A stretch of 64,000 nt of DNA, from sequence record OQ101254.1; one strand, written 5' to 3'. Positions 44,584 through 54,300 of the stretch are shown one piece after another; position 1 is the stretch's first letter, and every line of letters begins with the position of its first letter. Under the pieces are notes generated by a model, which worked only from the letters and a program-made list of their open reading frames with translations, did no database searches and had not been told where the DNA came from. The translations under genes and the position numbers were made by a program. Source of the DNA: Acinetobacter phage Acba_11.

Positions 44584-45238
44584 ACTGTATGGAGTATTGG
44601 GACAAAAGTTTGGCCGTGAATTTAAACTTGATGTTTTAAATACACGTGAAGCTATGCGTGCAGTAGCAGTACAAGTTGAAGGTTTCGAGCAGTTCATGTT
44701 GAAAGCACATGAGCAGGGACTCCAGTTTGCTGTATTTCTTAAGAGTAAAAATTCAAGCAAAAAGCGTGGAAAGAAAAGCCCATCAATTTATGACCATGAA
44801 TCAAAACGACTGATTACTGGAGACAATATCAGTGAAGACCAGCTTGATATGACTACACAAGCTGAAGTTATTCATGTTGTGCCTAGAGTAGTTGGAGCGG
44901 GCGGGGGTGGTGGCCTTCAAACAATTATCGGGGCTGTTATGGTAGTTGTAGGGGTGGTTGTAGGGGTGTTTGCTGGATGGACTGGTGTTGGTGCAGTTGT
45001 GGCACAAGGGTTAATCGGGTCGGGTATCGGCATGATGCTTGGTGGTGTGGCAATGATGCTTATGCCAAAGGTCGATAATACTCAGGACCAAAACCAAGAT
45101 GGTAATAGGGCAAACCAAGGATTCGGTGGAGCTGTAACTACGGTTGCCCAAGGGAACCCTGTTCCAGTTTTATCTGGCCAACGTGAAGTTGGTGGATTCA
45201 TTGTGAGTGCTGGTCAGTATCCTGAAGACCAGATGTAG
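44567..45238 (+). CDS. I: Tail assembly protein, lambda gpI homolog
   Basis: IHVVPRVVGAGGGG plus a Gly-rich hydrophobic segment and NPVPVLSGQREVGG parallel lambda I IHIVPRVAGAKSGG and NVLPVLYGEMRVGS. Confidence 0.9.
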   Translation: MLKTIKLYGVLGQKFGREFKLDVLNTREAMRAVAVQVEGFEQFMLKAHEQGLQFAVFLKSKNSSKKRGKKSPSIYDHESKRLITGDNISEDQLDMTTQAEVIHVVPRVVGAGGGGGLQTIIGAVMVVVGVVVGVFAGWTGVGAVVAQGLIGSGIGMMLGGVAMMLMPKVDNTQDQNQDGNRANQGFGGAVTTVAQGNPVPVLSGQREVGGFIVSAGQYPEDQM

Positions 45239-45261
45239 AAAATTTGTTGTGATGTTTTTTT

Positions 45262-45285
45262 AAGGCGCTTTAAGCGCCTTTTTTA
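45262..45285 (+). terminator. Hairpin plus T-run followed by ATTGCG immediately upstream of the J-like gene
   Basis: AAGGCGC-TTTAA-GCGCCTT, TTTTTT, ATTGCG. Confidence 0.55.
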
Positions 45286-45304
45286 TTGCGCGAGATTTAA
45301 ACCT

Positions 45305-48300
45305 ATGGCGATTGTAAAAGGCGCGAAAAAGGGCAAAGGTGAGGCAAGAAAACCTGTAGTTGCTCCAGATTCCGCACAATCTAAAACCTATATAAAAATC
45401 TTATATGGTTTAGGTGAAGGCGAAATTGAAGGATTAGCCAATGGCAATCAATCAATATTTCTTGAAGGAACTCCACTACAAGATGCCAATGGGAATCTGA
45501 ATTATTCAAACGTAAAACTAGATTTCCGTAAAGGAACTAATGATCAAGATTACATTGAAGGTTTTCCTTCAGTAGAAAGTGAAACTGCTGTCGATGTCGA
45601 ATTGAAGTCAGGTGCTCCATGGGTACGAGCTTTTAATAATATTGATCTTGATGCCGTTCGTATTCGCTTAAAGTGGGGACCACTTCGCCAGCAGGACTCA
45701 AGCACTGGTGATGTTAGTGGTATAACAATTGAATATGCTATCGATATACAAACTGACGGTGGTGCCTGGACAGAAGTATTAAAAACAAAAATATCCGATA
45801 AGACTTCTGCAAATTATGAACGAGCTCACCGTATTGATTTACCAAAGGCCGATAGTGGTTGGTTAATCCGGGTACGTCGCATTACACCTAATTCAACCTC
45901 TGAGTTTGTAAGCGACAAAATGTATGTTGAGGCATTTACTGAAGTTGTTGATGCAAAATTAAGATACCCAAATACGGCATTATTAGGTCTGCAATATGAT
46001 GCCGAAACTTTTGGAAATGTGGCGAAATTAGCTGTAGATCTGAAAGGTCGATTGCTTTTAGTACCAACCAATTACAACCCGCAAACGCGACAATATACTG
46101 GAATTTGGGATGGTACTTTTAAAAGAGCTTACACAAATAACCCGGCATGGATTTACTACGACCTTTGTACAAATGATCGTTATGGTTTAGGAAATCGCTT
46201 AACCCCATTCATGATTGATAAATGGTCTTTGTACCGTTTAGCTCAATACTGCGATCAAAGCGTTTCCGACGGACTTGGCGGCCAAGAACCTAGATTTACA
46301 TGTAATGTGTACATTCAAAATGCTGAAGATGCTTTCAGTATATTAATGAAATTGGCTGGTGTCTTTCGAGCGATTGCCTTCTGGGATGGTACAAGCATTA
46401 TATGTGATGCCGATATACCACAAGACACATATTTCACCTATACCCGTGCAAATGTGGTTGGTGGTGTTTTCGAATACTCAGGAACACGTGCACGTGATCG
46501 GCATAATGTAGTTAAGGTTGCGTGGGATAATCCTGCAAATCACTATAAAACAGAATACGAATTTGTTCGCGATGAAAATGCTATTGCTGAGTCTGGCCAA
46601 GTACGCATTCTTGAATTAGATGCGTGGGGATGTACTTCTCGTGGCCAGGCTCAACGTGCAGGCCACTGGGCTTTAAAATCCGAGCAAAAGGAGACTCGTA
46701 CAGTTTCGTTTAAAGTCGGTTTAGATGGGCATATTCCACTGCCAGGAAGAGTAATTGAAATTGCGGATGAACTGTTTGCAGGACGTGCTAATGGCGGACG
46801 TGTATCTAAAATTTCTGCTGATCTCAAAAGCATAACCATTGATCGAGATGACGTTATTGCTAAAGCTGGTGATCGTCTGGTTATCAATGGCGAAAATGGC
46901 AAAGCACAAACGCGAATTGTTCAGTCGATCTCTGGTCGGGTTATCACAGTAACACTTCCATTCGATGAGAATTCAATTGCTGTACAAAACGTATGGGTTC
47001 TTGATGCTCAAGATTTAGCGACAATGAAGTTCCGCGTAATTTCAATCTCGCAAGAAGAAAAACACCAATTTAGCATTACAGCGCTTCAGTACAACCCGCA
47101 AAAATTTGATGAAATTGATAACGGGGCATTCTTTGAAGATGCACCTATTTCAATTATTAATCCTTCAATCCAGGAACCGGTTAAAGATGTTTTGATTACG
47201 ACTGAAAGTCGTGTTGATCAGGGTATTAATATCACCACAATGATTGTGTCTTGGATGCAAGCGAAAGGTGCCGTTAAGTATCTGGTTGAGTGGCGAAAAG
47301 ATGATGGATCGTGGATCCGGTTACCGCAAACAGGAAATAATTCAGTCGAGGTACCTGGTGTTTATTCAGGTCAATATCAAGCTCGTGTTACCGCAATTTC
47401 TGCTTTTGAAATCGCATCTTTACCGGTTACATCTTCCTTAACTGAAATTACTGGAAAGCAGGGATTACCGCCGAAAATAGCTTTTATACGTGCCACAGGT
47501 ATTTTGTTTGGAATGAAGCTTGATTGGGGATTCCCTCCAACAGGTGCAAAAGATACAGCTTATACCGAAATTGAAGTTTCACCTGATGGCATCAACAATA
47601 TTGCTCAATTAGGATTGTTTGCATATCCGACTACCACTACCACAATCCAAGGTTTACAACCTAATCTTAGACAGTTTTATCGCGGTCGATTAATTGACCG
47701 GATTGGCAATGTTGGTCCTTGGTCTGAATGGGTCAATGGTACGACCACAGCAGATCCGGAAGCGGTTCTTGATCTTATTTCTGGTCATATTAATGAGAGT
47801 GATCTTGCCCAAGAGCTTCAAGGTAAAATTGAAAATTCAGTCGATGTATCTGAAGCAGCCCAAGCTGCAGCAAATAATGCCCAAGCTGTTGCTAGTAGCG
47901 CCCAAACTGCAGCTAACAATGCCCAGGCTGTGGCCTCTGAAGCTAAGACGGCGGCCTCGAGTGCTCAATCGGCAGCAACCACTGCTCAAACACAAGCTTC
48001 TTCAGCCCAAAAAATAGCAAATGATGCGAGTGTTATAGCGACCAATGCTAAAAATACTGCTGATCAGGCAGCTGAAGATGCGTCTTCAGCAATAACGGCA
48101 GCAGCAGAAGCAAAAACTACTGCTACTAATGCGAATACGACCGCAACGAATGCACAAACAACCGCAAATAATGCTTCTTCGGCAGCATCAAAAGTTGCTT
48201 CAGATTTAACAACCTCAACAAATCAGTTGAATAAGAAAATCGCTGATGAAACTGATGCACGCACAGCGGCAATTTCTAAACTGAATGATGGTCTCACCAC

Positions 48301-51300
48301 AGAAACGTCTCAGCGCAAGTCAGAAGATGCTGCACTGTTAAACAATATTGAGACTTATAAGTCGAGCACCAATGGCACTTTGTCTAGTCTGCAAACGCAA
48401 ATTAATACCAACGCGACAAATACAAGTGCAAATACATCAAAAATTTCTTCGCTTGACTCTCGTTTAACCACAAACGAAGGCAAAACCGCAGATGCGATTA
48501 ATGCAGCGGCAACAGCTCAACAAACTGCCAATACCGCCGTTACTAATGCGGCAGCAGCAGCTTCGGCAGTTACCTCACTAAAATCAGAGTTGAGTACAGG
48601 CAAAGGCATCAACAATATCATTGCGCCTTTTTCTGATCCGCAAGAACTATCACCTTACATTATCGGTGCGTCGAGAACCGTTGCCTTAGTAAAATCACCA
48701 ATGCGTATTAAGGGTAATGCTTATGACGTTACATTTAATGCGGTGGCTGGCAGTATTTATTTTGGTTCCTCGTCACTAGCAACAGTCAATACTGCGGCGG
48801 CAGGTGTTGTCAGTGGCGGAAAGCGTTACATGCTAAGCGCTTATTTAAAGAACCTCGATGCCACTAAACAGGCAGATGTTTACTTTACATTGCATTGGTT
48901 TAAACGTGCAGCAAACGGCACTTTCACGGCTTCTCAAAGTGTTTTATTAAATCAGGCAACTAACAACACACGAGTAACACCTTCAAACGACGGCGGTACA
49001 ATTAGCTGTAAAGCTGTAGCAGCACCACCAGATGCAGTTGCCTTTGCGGTTATCTGTTCTGGCAACGGCGTTTATAACGTCGCTGGTTCACGCATTCTCA
49101 TTGACATGTTAATGCTTGAAGAGGTCGTTGGTGTCGATGTACCTGCTTCAACATGGACAGCAGGACCAACTGATTTAAGTGCTATTAAATCCGCTCTTGA
49201 TGCCAATGCTTCTGCTATTAGCAAAATCGATACCCGTGTAACAAATGCCGAAGGCACCATTACAAGCCAAGGCAATTCAATTACTCAATTGAATAACAGC
49301 GTTACGTCAATCAATGGCGAACTTACGAAGAAAGCTGATGCTACGGCTTTAAATGCCTTAACCAACCGAGTATCGACAGCAGAAGGCACAATTACAAGTC
49401 AAGGCAATTCAATTACGTCTTTACGTAATGATTTAAACGCAACCAATGACAAGGTTTCGTCAAAAGCGGACTCAAGTGCATTAAATTCCTTAGATTCTAA
49501 GGTTACAAGCATTGATGGAAGAGTAACTAGCAATACGAGTGCTGTGACCTCATTGCAAGGTCGTGTTTCAACCGTCGAGGGTGGACTTTCATCGAAAGCA
49601 GATGCCTCGGCATTAAACAATTACTACACCAAAACAGAGGCGGATTCTGCCGCTTCTGGCGCAATCGATAAGTTCAACAGTCAATTGACGATCGGCGGAG
49701 TAAACGCTGTTGCGAACTCAGAGGCTCCACGTACTTCAACGGCAGCGACTAACAAAGAATACTTGCTGTACGAACGCAGCGCCGAATTAAAAACGTTCTA
49801 TGACGAGAACCTTGAGAAGCCAATCACGATTTCGTTTGAAATGAGCGTTCCTGTGGCTGGACCAGTTCAAGTTTATTCGTCAAATGGTTCTGCTCACCAA
49901 TTCGTTACTTCCGTTAACGCGGTTATCGTCAATCAGTTTGCCAAATACTCAGTAACAGTTAGTCCAAAATCGCACACCGCAAGTACAACTGTTTCAACAA
50001 TTGAGTTCTATGGAACGTATGGAACTGGTCGTATCCCGACGATTCGTAAATTACAAATTGAAGCGGGCACAAAGGCTACCGCTTGGAGTCCAAGCCCTCG
50101 TGATACAAAGGCTGCAATTGACGCCAATGCTTCTGCAATTCAAACGACCCAAACAAAAGTTGACAATATCGATGGTCGGCTAACCACTGCTACAGATTCG
50201 ATTACGTCACTAAATTCGCGCATGTCTACAGCCGAAGGGAATATCAACAGCACAAATACTGCGGTTGGTGGACTTTCGACACGCATGGCAACCGCTGAGG
50301 GCAAGATCACCAATCAAAGTGATTCAATTGCATCGCTACAAAATAGCGTCACCTCAATCAATGGAACACTGGCAAACAAAGCCGATTCAAGCGCGGTCAA
50401 TAACTTAACTAGCCGAGTGGAAACAGCCGAGGGCAAGATTTCAAGTCAAAGCGGGCAGATTACTTCGCTTAGCAATAGCCTTGATCTAACAAACAGCAAC
50501 TTGAACGACGTAAATGTTCTGGCGCGACTGTTATCGCTTGGTAAGCCTCTACGCGAGGATCCAACTTTTAAAACTACCTCTTCGGGCGGTTTGTCTGCAT
50601 ACAATTTCCCTGCGGGAACCTCATGGATTAAGCAAGCCAAGTCAACAGACAACCCAACTGGCTCAACCCATGAAATGCTTATTAAGGCAACTCAAGCGTT
50701 GGGTGGTGGTTGGTATCCAACTGCTCCAACGCTCGTGCTTACTGCTAATAAGACATTCTTAATTAACCAAATTATTAAGATGCCAGTAGGCACGAGATTG
50801 CTACCTGTAGGTAACACCACTGGTACGGGTGGTTATATCAGAATCTTGGGTAACGATCTTGGGACTGGCAAATTTGAAACGTACTACTCGGTCGTTCAGG
50901 GTGGATCTGACTTAAGCAGCTCTATTCAGGGTCATTTCCGTGTAATTGCTGGGACCAACCCGCCAGTACCAACCGTTGATAGTCCAGTTTTTGTAATCCT
51001 CGCTTCATACGAAGTGTTTGATGTTACGGCTGTAAATGACACCATTCCAAAAGCGTATAGCGATGCTATTGCAGCCAATGCGAATGCTATTAACACGATC
51101 TCAAACGCCGTCAGCCAGCAAGGCAATACAATTGCTTCTCACAGCAATTCGATTACCCAACTCAACAACAGCATTACTAGCATTAATGGCGCACTTTCGA
51201 ATAAAGCGGACGCGAGTGCATTACAGTCATTGGATTCAAAAGTAACGCTAATCGATGGCAAAGTTACTTCAAATTCATCGGCCTTAACGGCTTTACAAAG

Positions 51301-54300
51301 CAGCTTTGAGGGAATTCCAAATCAAGGCGTGAATCTGCTCGGCCCTGAAATTTCCAACCCAATCGAAAAGCCAAATTGGATTTCAGGCCTTCCATTTGAA
51401 GTTATTCAATCACCAGATACGGTGAATGTGCGTGCGTTCCAATTCACGATGACTGCTAACACCACTAGCGGCACTTACTTCAATATTGGCGGTGGTCAAG
51501 TGCCTCGCCAATGGTTAACTGAAGGCAAATATATCTTTAGTTTTGTTGCTAAAACAGTTGATGGTGCGCCACCCCACCCGATTGACTGGGTAATGTACAA
51601 CGTTAGCACTACTCGCCAACGTTTCAATATTACAGCGACATTAACTCGTTACAGTGCGGTATTCACCGTTCCTGCCGGCGGCGCGGCAGCATGTATGTTG
51701 TTGTACGGAAATCCTGCTGGCAAACCTGCTGGCCAAGTTATCAATATCGAAAGAATGATGCTTGAACGCCAAGTCGGCAACAACACCACGCCTTCGACTT
51801 GGATTGCAGGGTCAGATCCAACTGGAATGATCATTTCCACTCAAGCAAAAGCGACTGACCTGTTCAATACAGCCACGAATCAAAATAATGCAACTGCGGG
51901 ACGTGTTACTAGCCTCGAAAGTCGCATGACAACCACAGAAGGCAATTTAAGCAAAAAGGCTGATGCTTCTGCGCTTCAAAACCTCGACACGAAAGTTACG
52001 AATGTCGATGGCAAGGTAACGTCAAATACCAACGCTATCACCTCGCTCAATTCCGCGTTAAGCAATGCCACATCAAGTATTTCAATGAATGCGGGTAATG
52101 CACAGGGCGATTGGACATTCTTTAATACGTCAGGCGAATACTCAATTGTTGCACAAGCGGACGGACAAGCTGGTCGAGTTATTCAACTGGGTAACAACGC
52201 GGGCAATGACATTGTTTGGATGCATCCAAACAACTTCATTCCGTTTGACGCAACCAAAACATATCGCTTACGAGTGCGTTATCGCCGTCGTGCAGGCAAT
52301 GGCACCATTTATGTCGGTGTCTCGCAGAAAACCCCAGACAAGGCACTATACGTAACAACAGCCAACGCATTATCGGGCGACATGGGATCTTCTAACTATG
52401 TCGTTAATGCCCACGCGCCTGCGATCGATGAATGGCAAGAAATCGTTGCGTATATCAAAGGTCGATCAGCAGGAGCGGCATCAGGTTCAGGCTCAAAAAC
52501 AAGCCCACGTACTGTTTCACAACAAGCAGGCTTCATCACGCCGATGTTTATTGCAAACTATTCGGCGCAAACGGGCATTGTTGAGCTTGATTACCTAATT
52601 CTGGAAGATGCAGAGGCAATTGTTGCCAATGATGCAAATGCATCAGCGATTAGCGCTCTTGATACCAAAGTATCAGAAGTTGATGGACGCTTAACGACAG
52701 CAACAAATTCAATCACTTCGCTTAACTCTCGTATGAGTGCAGCAGAAGGGAATATCTCAGCGGCAAACTCGGCTCTAAGCGGGCTTTCGACAAGAATGAC
52801 GGCTGCTGAAAATGGTTTAACAAATCAAAGCAACGCGATTACTAATTTAAGTAACAGCTTGACGGTTACAACCAATACAGCCAACGCTGCATTGCCAAAG
52901 ATTCAGGGCGGCACTGGCGCAGCTAAGTTATTTAGAGGCGTGCTGGTGTGGCAACAAAACGGCGCAAATCTAACTGGCAATATCGTAATCCAAACGCCAA
53001 TTACGTTCACAAATAAAATGTTCCGACTTTCACTTACTGGCTATAACTACTTGGCCGCTAAGAATGAAATTAATCTGAACATTGGGGGTTATGCATATTC
53101 GGGCACCTCTCTACTTCAACATGGTGTAGTGAATTCGGGCACCATGCCAATTCGAGTTCGCATGGGCGTCCGTAATGGCACAGTAGTCATTATTTTGACG
53201 TCCCAAGCGCCCGGTGCTTATTGGCAGTATCCAAAATTCAACATTGATGCCGAAATCGGCTATACAACTCCGCCAGACGAATGGATGAATGGTTGGTCTG
53301 CAAGCTTCATGGCAGAGGCAGACCTCGCATCTAATGGCATTTCGGCGATCATTGAGCCGTCTTTATTAGACATTTCAACAACGCTTAATGCCACTGCATC
53401 TGCAATTAGCAATCTGACAAATACTGTGTCTCAACAGGGTAATACAATTACTTCACAAAGTAATTCTATTACCACCTTAACCAACAAGATTACTAACAAC
53501 GATTTATCGAATCTTGTTCTTAATCCTGATTTCGTAGACCCGAAAAGCGATTGGACATCTGGCGTAATTGTTGATGCGACTGACGCAGCACCTAACCCGC
53601 CTTCTCCAAAAGCATTAAGACTGAATAACCGCGATAGTTATTACGGTCCTTTTGTCAAATGTAATGTTGGCGACATGTTCTACGTTTCGGCTTGGTTTGC
53701 AACGCCAAATACATCAGTAATCGCTTCTGCTGTACTTGGTTTCAATACTCGAAACAGTGCAGGTACTTATACTTGGTATAGTGTTGCCGTCAAGTCTACA
53801 GATAAAAATGCTTGGGGTATGGTGGAAGGTTATTTCACTGTGCCAAATGGCATGGTTGAAATTCGACCTTGGCTTCAAGTAAGTATTGCTGCGTCAGAGG
53901 CAGCGGGGCAGCAATGGCATGTTACGAACATTCAAGTACGTAACATTACAGGTAATAAGAAATTAGCAACCGACTTGCAAGCAACCTCGTCTGCATTAAG
54001 TACGCTTGATTCCAAAGTTGCAAACATTGACGGCCGTGTAACTTCCGCATCTAACAATATTGTTTCGCTCAACAATAGCGTCACAAACATCAATGCCGCA
54101 CTTTCTCAGAAAGCGGATGCGGCGGCATTGAATTCCCTTTCTAACCGTGTAACCACTGCCGAAGGGAATATCACTAGTCAGGGTAATTCAATTACCTCAT
54201 TGACCAACTCGTTAGCTGTGAGCGGAAAGGCGGGCACAAACCTTCTCATCAAGTCAAATCAAGTCGGTACATATGATGGTGTCTCTTATCCGCATCACAC

